Part shown: piece after piece, positions 37,792-48,800 of the stretch
How the letters are laid out: every line of letters begins with the position of its first letter
How positions within the stretch are numbered: the stretch's first letter is position 1
NCBI GenBank assembly: GCA_010405405.1
Contig: MU004231.1
Location: 248,001-311,454 of the forward strand
Reading direction: 5' to 3'
Origin: Microthyrium microscopicum
Lineage: Eukaryota
Length of the DNA stretch: 63,454 bases
Translations under genes and position numbers: made by a program
The notes under the pieces: generated by a model
Told to the model about the DNA's origin: nothing
What the model saw: only the letters and a program-made list of their open reading frames with translations
Databases searched by the model: none

Positions 37792-38625
37792 TTAAAATAC
37801 ATTTGCTGTCTCCCATGGATGACTATCCGCTGTACCGTCCAATGCGACTTGAGCACCCATGATGTCTATCCATTTCGATCTCAATCTTGGACCTGGCGCA
37901 TCGCGTGGATAAGGATTGAACGTTTCCGGGCATGCCTCAAAAAGCTGCTCCGTCTCGTGCGGAGTAGCTAGTCGCATGAATATCACCTTGACACATACTT
38001 TTCTGTCGATGATATTGACCAAGCTCCCGCATAAGTTATGCAGGGACGAGCTGACTTTCCATCGATTATAAGCCTGGAGCAGATCTGGCGCGATTTGAGA
38101 GAGGTGTGGGCTGCTGCGAAGGACTATGTACAAGTCCTTCAACTCAGGATAGTCCCATTGGAGAGATCTGTGTCGGACAGTGCTGTTGAAGTAGCCAGTC
38201 CATAGAGGCAGATCTCGATCTTTTATCTTGACCATCATGCTCTCTACACGTTTACTCGCTTTTATATTGTTTGCGTACAAGAACATGTTGGCATCTGATG
38301 GGTGTATAAATAATGGTATGTTGTCGCTGTAGAGAATGGATACAGCATCGGCGTAGATTGTCTTGTTGGTTCGTAGTAGGGCGGTGCCTAGCTGATTGCC
38401 TGTCTTCTTGTTGTCGGGCCAAGAGATTGGATTGTTGCCATTCGATAGGCAGAGCTTCCAGATCTCTTTTCGGAGCTCGAATGGTAGGCTCATCAGACGG
38501 CAGTTTGCGATCTCGTCCTTTGCCTTATCTGCCGTCAGGTTGTAATCATACACTGGGTCGACACCCGACATGATTACGTCCTCGCTCGTGGCACCCTCGA
38601 CTTCGTTGTCGCGCTCCATGGTCAT
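37792..38625 (-). CDS. Hypothetical protein with F-box-like N-terminal motif (277 aa)
   Basis: RLMSLPFELRKEIWKLCL followed by ALLRTNKTIYADAVSILYSDN, a pattern common in fungal F-box-like proteins. Confidence 0.75.
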   Translation of the reverse strand: MTMERDNEVEGATSEDVIMSGVDPVYDYNLTADKAKDEIANCRLMSLPFELRKEIWKLCLSNGNNPISWPDNKKTGNQLGTALLRTNKTIYADAVSILYSDNIPLFIHPSDANMFLYANNIKASKRVESMMVKIKDRDLPLWTGYFNSTVRHRSLQWDYPELKDLYIVLRSSPHLSQIAPDLLQAYNRWKVSSSLHNLCGSLVNIIDRKVCVKVIFMRLATPHETEQLFEACPETFNPYPRDAPGPRLRSKWIDIMGAQVALDGTADSHPWETANVF

Positions 38626-39851
38626 TGAACTTAAGGTACTTGTCGGATATGGTCGTTGTGAGAGGACTTCAGGTACTCAGATATAGACAGGTAGGAGAAG
38701 GGTGGACAACAACGGGTGGTCCAGGCAGAGGTAGATCTAGTGCTAAGTGAGGTACTCGATAGTGATGGTTAAGAAGAATAAGGAGTGGAAGTAGAGGGCG
38801 GTGAAAGTGGCTAGGTAGATGGTAGCAAGTTGTCACAGGCGGAAGTTTCAGAAATGGTGGACGTAGATAGGTGTAACGTTCCAGAGAGCAGAGGATCGGA
38901 ATCGGATGGTAATGGACCATAGAACGAGTTGGAGTGTTGGGGAGATCGGTGTTGCAGGTGGCGGGACGCATAAACATGGAGATGGGACTGGGGCCGGCTT
39001 CTGGCTCGTGCCTTTCCGCTCTTTGGCGCTCCCCTCGACCAGGTTCCGTAACTTCACCTCCTTTGTAAAGTCATTCAAAAATTCAGAGTAGCTTCAACAC
39101 TGTGTTCGATGTGCTCTATATGCTCTCTATACGGTGAAGAGCATTCCTCTCTTACAAATACTACCAATTGGAGAAGAGTCCAATCCAATACTGGCCCGAG
39201 GACAACGCATGAGCAGGCCTCATCTGCCACAGTATCACTTCTTCTATTCCAATCGAGACGGGCTGGCAGCGCGAGGCAGCAGTTGACATCCTGAGGATCA
39301 AAGCCTGGAATCGATGCGTTAAGAACAAGGGCAGAGTCAATAATCCATTATTACCTATCTTATATTGTAACCACGAGTCCTTGAAGAATGTATGAATCCG
39401 CGATATAGTCGGATAGCTGTGTGTGTCGTCTCCCTGGGTTTCTCATCATCTGTACATATATGCGGCTTATGTTAATCAAGTTTGAGTTGCTCATACATGT
39501 TGTTGAGCGATGCCCATCTCAATATATGTCACTGCACCAAACGCCAAGCAGTTCAGTTCGAATTGTAATGATGACTGACAACAATACTCAAAAGAGCAAG
39601 GGGTTCACATCCTCTGGAGGAGAGTTGTCATCATCTGCTATTTTTGAACTGATGTACTAATATATTATGACATAGATTCTGCTAAAATTACAATTCTCAT
39701 CCACCTCTTACCTACGGCGCGCTTTATGCCTATTATTTACCTTTCTGGATCAACCTTGAAGGTTGACAGAATGCCAGTATGTACCTGTGCATCCTACAAC
39801 TGTTCAGGACTACAAAGACCCCTGTGGATGGTACCTTGGAGCTGGCTTATT

Positions 39852-42302
39852 CTATGAGCGACGCTTCTTCTTACCTCTAGTGGTCTTTGGACTATCGGGA
39901 TTATAACTGGAGCCAGATGATATGCTTTTACTCCGAGTTGTCGGACCCTCATAATTAGTCGTCTCGTATTGAGTGCTCTTTACAGGACGGGTAGCCTTTT
40001 TACGTGACTTTTGAGAAACGAACAAATCCTCGGCATCGTCATCGTCAGAGCGGCCACCAAACAGACTTGCATCATCCGCGTCTTCCATCTCCACGTCTTC
40101 GCTCGTTTGCTTTCCCTTCTTATTAGGCCTGGACTCCTGAACCTCCTCCTCAGCAGTGCTGCTGCGACGTCTCTTCTTGCCCTGTTGTGCCTTGAACGCC
40201 TGGTTCGCCTCCGCGACACGAGCCATAGCATCTGCTATCTTCTGCTGGTTCTTGGCTTTTGCTGCCGAGCTTGGCTTCTGACCTTTTCCAGCAATGATCT
40301 CCAAATCGCCCAAATGTTGAGCAAAGTCAACCTTTGCTTGGCCATTACGAGCATTGTTCGCCTGTTTCTGGATCATACCTGACAGGGTGTATAGGTATTT
40401 TGCCGAATAGTTTCGTTTCGACCGTCCATCGAGCGGATATTCAGGATAGTACTTTGTAAAGCGAGCCTTGTCCAGCTTTGGTGGTGTGGAGTCATCTGAG
40501 CGGCACTGTCGAAGGAATGCTTTGCCAATTCGAATCTCATCACCTCCAAGCATGGCCTTGTTACGCCCATCCATCTCCTGAGACTGATTACGGTCGTCAA
40601 TGGCAACGACAACATTATCCTGGATGCATATCTCTGGAAGGCTCATATAGCGCTCCAGACAGTACAAATGGGTGGCAAAAGCAATGTGGAATGGATCTGC
40701 TTTCTCACCAAAATAGTTCCACTTGTGATCAAAGGCAACTCGGACATGACCTGCACGGATTGTGCGTTTCGGCATCACACAATCACGCAAACGACAAGCA
40801 GACATGTTAGCATTGGAATAGCGAGCTGCCGAATCCGTAGGCTGTCTCTGGATCCAGATCTGCAATTTCCCAACGTCTTCGTGCTTGACAACACAGTCGT
40901 CTTCTGCCTCTGCTGTAGGATGATTGTGTATGAACGCCTTGAAACGCTCAAGACTCAGCGTGCTTTCCTCAAGGTGGCCTTCAGGACTGAAGACGAACGG
41001 TTTCGGGCCAGCTGCGTAAAATTTGGTCCAGACATTTTCAGTTGCGCCGTGGTTGTAATATCTTGACGGATCGTATCTGTTGTTCTTGCCAGGACGCTTA
41101 TTCAAACCCTTCGTGATTTCGTTGATTCGAACAAATGGCTTCGCGGACTTTAGCTGAGGTCGCTCATTTGGGATATTCACGGCCAATGGTGGCGGTGAGC
41201 GGCTCTTGCTGCTTGATGACCGACGAACCGCTGGTGTTCTGGAGCCTCTTCGTGGCGACGTACGAGACGCACGGCGGCCTCGACTTGTAGGAGATACTTG
41301 AGGTGTCGTGAAAGGGCTCGCCAGCCTGGTCGTCGCTGGCCGGGCCGTCGCCAGTGCTGGCGTACCACCAGGCGCGAGCGAGCCAAAAACAGCGTTCAAA
41401 TCAGGGTTGCTAGTATCCCATTGAAAAGGTGGGTCATTGGCTGTTAAGAACGTATCGTTGAGCCTACCTTGAGATGCCGATGGTCCATGCCGCCCTAAAG
41501 AATTGCGATGAGAGTTCATCTCTGCTATATTCAGTTGACGCTGTATGTTGGTATCGTAACCTCCGTTAGGATTGGTTCCAGAAGGAGCGGGTTGAAAGTT
41601 GCTCGCGTTGCCATTTCTATTGAAAGCAACACCCCTAACGGGAATTTCGGCGATTCGCCCATTGCTTACAGCTGGTGGAGCAATTCTCCCATTGCTTACG
41701 GCTGGCGCATTCTGAAAACTGACATAATTTCCGTTGTTCACGTTGAAGGCGCCCGTTGGAACGGGTTGTTGGCCAAAGACCTGATTGGGTTGCTGGAAAC
41801 GTCCACCTAAGCCAAAAGTTTGATCTTTGACAGGCTCATAAGCATCAATGAACCCGCTGGGATTGGTTGATACTTGACCTTGGGGAGCATAGGTATTGCT
41901 CGAGCCGTGTTGGTTTTCACTGTACTGGTTTTCATTGTACTGGTTTTCATCGTACTGGTTCTCATCGTACTGGTCTTCATCGTATTGGTTTTCGTCGTAC
42001 TGGCTTGACTGGTTCTGATAAGGTTGGGCTTCTGTGTATTGAGTATGAGCGTTCTGACCCTGTTGCTGAATTTGATATTCCTGAAACTGACCGTTCTGGT
42101 TTTGGTTAGAACCAAAACCTTCGACCATAGCTGTAAGCTCAGGGTCTATCATCATATTGTCCCAGAAGTCGTCTCCAAATTCAGCAAGCGGATCAACAAA
42201 TTGGCTATCAAAGCTTATATCCATGGCATCAGGGTCATTCTGAGCCTGTTGTTCGGCGCGCTCTCGAGACTCGCTAATTCTCCTTGACCGTCGGGGAGAC
42301 AT
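39852..42302 (-). CDS. Hypothetical, probably nuclear protein (816 aa): low-complexity N-terminus, central Cys/His domain, basic C-terminus
   Basis: Long single ORF; central LQIWIQRQP..ACRLRDC..RTIRAGHVRVAF..DPFH....HLYCLE; NLS-like KKRRR and RGKKKRRS. Confidence 0.85.
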   Translation of the reverse strand: MSPRRSRRISESRERAEQQAQNDPDAMDISFDSQFVDPLAEFGDDFWDNMMIDPELTAMVEGFGSNQNQNGQFQEYQIQQQGQNAHTQYTEAQPYQNQSSQYDENQYDEDQYDENQYDENQYNENQYSENQHGSSNTYAPQGQVSTNPSGFIDAYEPVKDQTFGLGGRFQQPNQVFGQQPVPTGAFNVNNGNYVSFQNAPAVSNGRIAPPAVSNGRIAEIPVRGVAFNRNGNASNFQPAPSGTNPNGGYDTNIQRQLNIAEMNSHRNSLGRHGPSASQGRLNDTFLTANDPPFQWDTSNPDLNAVFGSLAPGGTPALATARPATTRLASPFTTPQVSPTSRGRRASRTSPRRGSRTPAVRRSSSSKSRSPPPLAVNIPNERPQLKSAKPFVRINEITKGLNKRPGKNNRYDPSRYYNHGATENVWTKFYAAGPKPFVFSPEGHLEESTLSLERFKAFIHNHPTAEAEDDCVVKHEDVGKLQIWIQRQPTDSAARYSNANMSACRLRDCVMPKRTIRAGHVRVAFDHKWNYFGEKADPFHIAFATHLYCLERYMSLPEICIQDNVVVAIDDRNQSQEMDGRNKAMLGGDEIRIGKAFLRQCRSDDSTPPKLDKARFTKYYPEYPLDGRSKRNYSAKYLYTLSGMIQKQANNARNGQAKVDFAQHLGDLEIIAGKGQKPSSAAKAKNQQKIADAMARVAEANQAFKAQQGKKRRRSSTAEEEVQESRPNKKGKQTSEDVEMEDADDASLFGGRSDDDDAEDLFVSQKSRKKATRPVKSTQYETTNYEGPTTRSKSISSGSSYNPDSPKTTRGKKKRRS
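41911..42003. repeat. 15-bp tandem repeat, about 6 copies (encodes QYDEN)
   Basis: TGGTTTTCATCGTAC-like unit repeated; translation QYDENQYDEDQYDENQYDENQYNENQYSENQ. Confidence 0.9.
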
Positions 42303-43401
42303 TGTGTGAAGATTGTCCGTTCTCTGTCAGTACAATCTGCTGTATTTTTCTTTATGAAAACTGCTTGGATGTAACCTTCTCAATTGTTTTTGATGCTTAT
42401 ACTTTTACAACTTTTGGTGACTGTAGTCGTCGATTGTATGGTTTCTACCAAAATCGAAGACTTTGTTAATGCTATAGAGCATATGTACGATGTCAAAATA
42501 TACCAAAGATCTCTACTGACAGGTAGCATTTGAGGACAACGGATTTGACAAAGATTCGAAGGTTCAAAGGATTCACAGAGGGAACGATTCATTGAACTTG
42601 CTAAGCGAGAATTTTATCTTTGTGCTCAGCTAAAGTCCGAATTCTATCATCAACAAAATGATCCGTTTGCGGCCTATCCATTTGAAATCTCGAACAAATA
42701 GTTGTGGTCCTAGACTTGAAGAACTGCTCTAACATATTCGAGGCCATAGACAGGCTTTTGATTCACATCTTGGCTCCTTTCTTTGTAAGGCTCCGACATG
42801 CTTTGATATAACCAATATAGGAACAAAGTATTGTTTATGGGTGGTTTAAAATCTAGTATAGCTTTTTCCACAACAACGTACTAACGTGTCCACAAGGAAT
42901 CTGTTACTGATTCATAGCTTATAATTATATGCAATCGTAGGTAGACTATACGCGCACTGATTGTTAGACTTTTGACACAAAGTCGCTCTTTGACGCAACT
43001 TTCCAAAGTCATCTGCTTGATTCCGAAAGTACAGATTGAACTTGGGTAATTCAATATCATGGCATCTTCCTACAGCTCCCAGTCAGTCATTGAGCTGTTC
43101 CCCGTAAAGATATCTATGAAGTTGAAGTGAGTTACGAATTATCGTATTCGTAGTCAAGTCGAGAATTATAGGCGAGAACAAAATACTTCTAGGCTTGAAG
43201 ACCTTTCTGATGCATTCGATACTAGTACTAAGCAATGGAAGAATCGCCAGAGGTGGAATGCAATCCCTTGAGAAGCTTCCTGCTTCCAAGCCCCACTTTG
43301 CTTCCTCTTTACCCGTTGTTTTCACCACTTTCAAGCACGCAGCATACGGCGAGTTTCTCAGAAATTCCGCCTCAAGCTTGTCTTCTCAAGCTTGAAAAGC
43401 C

Positions 43402-44166
43402 ATGGCCGGTGTCATTCCGAATAAATGGCATATGCGGCGCGTTGCTGATACCCAGGCGAAAGCATGTTGGATCTGCTACAAAGCCTCCTCAACAGTGTTG
43501 ATAACCCCCGACAACAAGGTACTATACCTCGAAAATAATCGAACAAAGATCGTTCTTTGTTCTTTGTAAAGTTCGAATGAGAATGTGCTAACCTGTCATC
43601 TTGTTCTAGGACTTTTTCTATATCTGTCCAGGTCATCTAACAGATCGTGGCTTTTGCACACCTGATGCCGACGAAGCTGCGTCAATTGCTGCCAAGAAAC
43701 AACAAGAAGAACTCGAGCGAGAAAAGACAAAACTCATAGCTGAGTTTGCAGAGAAGAAGCGTGCACGTGAGAAGAGGCAAGAGGAGCGCAAGAAGAACAA
43801 GGACAAGGACAAAGATAAAAGTGATAAGGATAAAGACAAAGAGAAAACGGACGACAAGAAACAGCAGGAGAAGGACGATGCGGATGAGAAAAAGGATGCT
43901 GAAGAGGAGGAAAAGAAGTTGAATGAGCTTCAACAAGGAGGAGCTGTGGAAGAGGAGAAGGCGCGAATATACTCTTTGGCAACGTGAGTAACGTCCTCAG
44001 TAGGTATACGAGTCGCCGTTCATCTAATTCTGGTTATAGCACATTTTATAGACAGCGCGTAGATCGTATACGCAGTGCTCAGCAGGCTAAGCTAACGCGA
44101 GAACGACTATCTAATCCCAACACCTTTCCATCAGTACCCAAAGGCCCACCTGGAGGTCCACGATGA
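43402..44166 (+). CDS. vfa1: Vps4-associated protein Vfa1 (DUF1742) family (~205 aa); exons 43402-43518, 43610-43983, 44040-44166
   Basis: NKWHMRRVADTQAKACWICYKASSTVLITPDNK|DFFYICPGHLTDRGFCTP, K/E-rich middle, RIYSL..TFYRQR and FPSVP end; two GT-AG introns in frame. Largely missed by the ORF track. Confidence 0.88.
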
Positions 44167-44284
44167 TTTTCCATGCGTCAAAAACCTCCAGCCAGATACC
44201 AATATGTAGAATGAACATGTACAACAAGCCGTCTTTCAGGATCTATGCATCAATCATGGGATATCATTTCGTATAGAGCATGGC

Positions 44285-45855
44285 CTATAAAAGTCCTCGT
44301 CCTTCAGCTCTTGTCGCTGGCATACCAACACCAGGCCCTCGTCTAATTGAATTGTCACTCCCTCTATTGAGATGAGTTTCGTCAATCTTGGCTCTCGCAA
44401 GTGTGATCGCAGGCACAACCCAAGCTCCGCAACTACACCGCATTCCCTGCCACGCATATTTCCCAACGTTTGATTTACATTTCGGACATTCCAGGCGACC
44501 CTCTAGCTTACCTTGCTCTAGCTCTGGTCGCATCCAAGACAATGGGTCCATGAACAGGTGAGCGCAGGTGAGAGCAGCCGGGAATGGTTCGTTATGAGGA
44601 GGAGGTCTATGTGGTATGAGGAACTTTGAGGTAGCCAAGGCTCGTCTAAGTTACCGGAACAAAATATGTTAGTATGAATCGTATGCTGGATTGTATGTTG
44701 TTGGACCAAAGGCCTAGAACATCTTGCCAAAGGGTCGAAAACATAGGGACGAAGGCGCTACTGACCTGCATTTTCGACAACGATATTCAGAATCGACTGG
44801 CTCTGATGATGAGCTTGCGCTGACATGTTCATCTTCAAAGCGTATCTTGTCGGCATCTGGCGCTTGGCCGCAGTCGGAACTAAGCTGAACTTCACGTTGG
44901 TACATCCATCGCTGATATACCGGTGACGATTCGACATCTTCGGTCATCTGCATGCGATGGTACATATCTAGCTGTTGCATGAATCCTTCGTTGGGCTCTA
45001 CTATTGGCCTAACCTGTCGGATCTGCTCCAGTGCTTCGGTAGGTGAGATCTGGAACTTTTGCATCATGTACGCTACGCAACAAGTCCCCGACCTTGACTT
45101 TCCCATAGCACTAAGTAACAGTATTAGCGTATATTATTCAAAGAATGCCGCAATTTGATATTTGTCATGTGGAGTTCAATTGCTAAAAGCACAAAAGGAG
45201 AATGACAGTTCAGCCTCACTCAGCCTTGTTGGAGCGGTCCAGACCGTCGAAAGATCGGAGAAAACTTCAGATTGAATCCACCCACGATCCAAGACGACGG
45301 CGCGAAAAGATTTGCGCATCGGATCGCGGACGTCCTTCCTCGATTGAAAGCTTCCTTCGATAGCCGATCCGATATTTCATTCGACATCGTAAAATCTCGT
45401 GCTGACGTCGCACTTTTCGATGTGGCTATGCATCGCGCAATAGACGGCCAGTAAAGCGGAGTGGAGAAAAAAAAGGTCTGAAGCGTCTAGACTTACCAAT
45501 GCACAAGGACTGAGCCACCGCTGTCCAAGCCATTCTGAATGAAGGCATTGGTTGCTTTGAAATGTTGAAGCAAGTTTTCATCTTCAACATCGTCGACTTC
45601 TACAAGCATGCACTTATAACCGGCGAAGAGTTCTTTATCCCTATCCAGGTAGCCAGGCATACGCAAGACGGAAAGCACATGAGTAATGCTCGCTTGCTCT
45701 AATTGTGCCTTTCGACGAAGCGTGAATATTCTGTCCTTGATTAGCAGGGAACAGTTCGGTTCGATGATGATCAGAGTTTTTGATATTGTAAATGGCGCAT
45801 GAACGTACCCGCCAATGTAGACATTAGTCCCAGGAATCTTATCCAGTAAGGACAT
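44285..45855 (-). CDS. yvh1: Dual-specificity phosphatase Yvh1 (~328 aa); exons 45855-45809, 45730-45497, 45110-44766, 44645-44285
   Basis: VLVH(C)AMGKSRS active site split by intron 2, PNEGFMQQL, zinc-binding domain YRCRKCRRAL..CAHLFMDPLSWM..CPKC..VGKYAWQGMRCSCGAWVVP. Confidence 0.93.
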
Positions 45856-48800
45856 GGCCGTGCAGAGCGAAGCGCAGAATGGTTCGAGGATGGTCTGATT
45901 TGATCCAGCTATGCGTAGCGGTTGCTCGGCAGTCCAAAACGATGCTCTTTGATATTCCGACCACGAGATGTTGCAAGAAATACTGCGATGGACTTGCGGA
46001 ATGGAATTTGAGGTTGATTTTTGATGGAAGTTGCTGCCTCGGATGATTGGGAGCCGTCGTCCTGGGTGGCGAGCAACGCGCTAGGAAATAGGTGACCGCT
46101 TGCTGGTGAGAAGTTCGAGACCGGAACCTTAATCAAGACACCAGAATTATTTCGTCTCTAATATTGGAGACCACTCAGTCACCGCCTGGCGCGAATACCT
46201 TTGTGTAAAAAACATTTGTTGTAGGGAAGACGTGCTTAATGTTGTACAAGCTCTACCAAACATAAACCGTATGATTGTTCATAAGCCTCAGCCTCCATCC
46301 AGCACTGTATACTTCAACATATTGCTTAGCTCTATATGATTATTCTAGTGGCTTCAGATACAACAAGCGGACCCTCTCGACTTCCAATATAATTACATTA
46401 TGAGTAATGGCGCATAATGCATTTATAATGATAACTCTTGCTTTGATGGCGGCAACAATACCGTCAGAAATAGCCCAGGATGAACGTGATTTCGATGACT
46501 TGTCAAGATTCATAGTAGAAATTTCTGCAAGGTACAAGAAACCAAAATGGATTTTCATGTTAGCAATATCCTAAGGTTCAAATGTTTGAAAATTGAATAA
46601 TCCCCTAAGCGAACATGTAGTATTCTCCAAATACGTCAGCAGTCGCCGCACTTTTCAATGGCAAAGGGTAAGGGCGACTCTAATCGTCCAGCTAGACAAC
46701 TATATCGTGAGCATAAATTAAAACAACCGCAAGAAAATAATGATAAGTATTTGTTTCAATCATTTAGAAGCAGTGTTGCGGAAAAGAAGGCACTCTCTGA
46801 GATGGTGGGGCAGTGGACATGTTATATCGCGCTAGCCGAAAACGGTAAGCACCCGAGGTTCATTGTCCTTGTCAAATCTGCCCTCTTTTAAGGCTGATGA
46901 ACACCTGGTAGGCACGCCGCACGCTGGTCATAGAGGCAGTCACGCTCCAGTAAATATTACATGGATTGAGAGTTAGTTGTAGGGTCACAATGATAAAGTA
47001 AGGATTGCAATGTAGGGTTTGTCTATCTTGGCGCAACTGATGGAGGTGGAAATAGGCGCTCGAGGTGCAGAAGTTTAAAGGCCTCCTGCAGAAGGTGCAG
47101 ACGCAAGGTGAGCACTTGTCTCTCCCAAGAAGAAGAAGAAGAGAAGGAAGCAAGGATAATCAAGAGACGGGATCCCTGGTCTCAGTGGGTCAAAGCTAGC
47201 CCAATCGGCTATTCCCAGCAATCCATGCAGGCCAGCCTTGTACAAGACTCTAAAAATTCCTACCATAGGGCTGATTTTCTTCCTTCCCTACCTGTACTGC
47301 TTGTAGATATTACTCTACAATAACATATAATGTTGGGGGTATCGCATCACTTGATTCTCTTTATTTGCGCTCTGACTCAATGTTGGCCCTTGGATTCTTG
47401 CCAGCCTGTCTGCCTTGCATATTCTCGTTTCTATCCACTTCACCGGTATCTTCATCTCCCAATCAAAGCCTTCCCCACTCACTCACCGGCGGCTCAACCT
47501 CCTTTTCCAGCTGTGCCGTCCTCCGTGCTCTTCGCGATCGTGATAACCACTTATCTTCCCATGTATCTAGATATATCTGCTGATCATGGCCGCAATCAGT
47601 TTCTATAGTGAACTCTTTATCATCCAACTTCAATTTCTAAAACCTTGCCTACCAGCAATCAGTCCACTTGCTTTTGTCAGTCCCTTTCCTGAATTATGTG
47701 GTGCGATTGAGCCAGGCATGGAAGGGCTGAATTATCATCATGCATCCCTGTGTATGGTCGTATTCTGGCCGCCACCATGCAACCAAGCGAGCGCAAGCGG
47801 AGTGAATGCTGAATGACAACCGCCGCGGGCGCCGAACTGCTTGCCTGAACTATTCATGAACTGATCTTTCTCACATTATCAGGTTAAAAAAATGACTCCG
47901 GTTTATTGTGCGATTGTAAGAACATCATTACCCACTTTTCATAGCATATGCAGGTCAATGGATCAACAGCAGTAGCACGGAAGTGTGCTCAGCTCGTGAG
48001 AGTCCATTGTATGCCTTCAACTCAGGTCTCCATAAAGTTCCTTTGATGACTCGAATTGTGCCCCATTCTGCAAACACGCTTTGGAACCATGTTTTCTATA
48101 ATGAAATTATGATTGAAATGGTCCGCCTAGTTATTTCGCCGAAGCCGTTGACACGCCTAATTAGACCTCCTAGAAGCGTCCAATAAGAAACCATCAAATA
48201 TGCGTCGCGCCGATCCGCAGAGAAGCGATCGGTGTTAGATCGCAAAGGCTCCATGCGCGTTGCAAAGACCAAGGCAAGTCAAAATTGACAAATGCTCAGG
48301 TCTGGACTCGACAGCATAAAGATTATGTACCCCAGTGCCTTGATATAGAAGATAATCATGGAAATTGACAAGCCATAATATCATGGTAGTGTGTTTAACC
48401 TTCTTTGGCGTATGGTCAGATTAAAGTCGGAGGACATCGGCCGCAGGCGAGCGTGGTAATAAAGCATGAGGATCTCGCAGCCTCGTGGATTTCATGGATC
48501 CTTGAATCAAGGCCCGTAAAAATAGGGCGGCATGTATGTCGATCAAGTCATGTGTCGCAAAATCCCGTCCCCCGGAGAATGTGCACAGTTGTCTAATTTC
48601 CCGTCCAAGCGGGTGGTTGTCAAACAACCTTGGCTTTTCTTTGGCGGGAGATTAGAAACCTGGCGAACGACTATCATTGCTTTGGAGTTGCGAATTATAC
48701 TTGGTTATCTGATCCACCAGGGTCACATCGCTGTTGATCATCAATGCGCTCCGTTGCACAGATATTTGTAGTCATTATTCGTCAGAAGGCGTAGAGCCGC

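Noticed and set aside
45111..45496. TPP riboswitch or spliceosomal snRNA in the yvh1 intron
   Set aside because: Conserved TPP aptamer and snRNA signature motifs were not found; kept only as an unidentified structured element.
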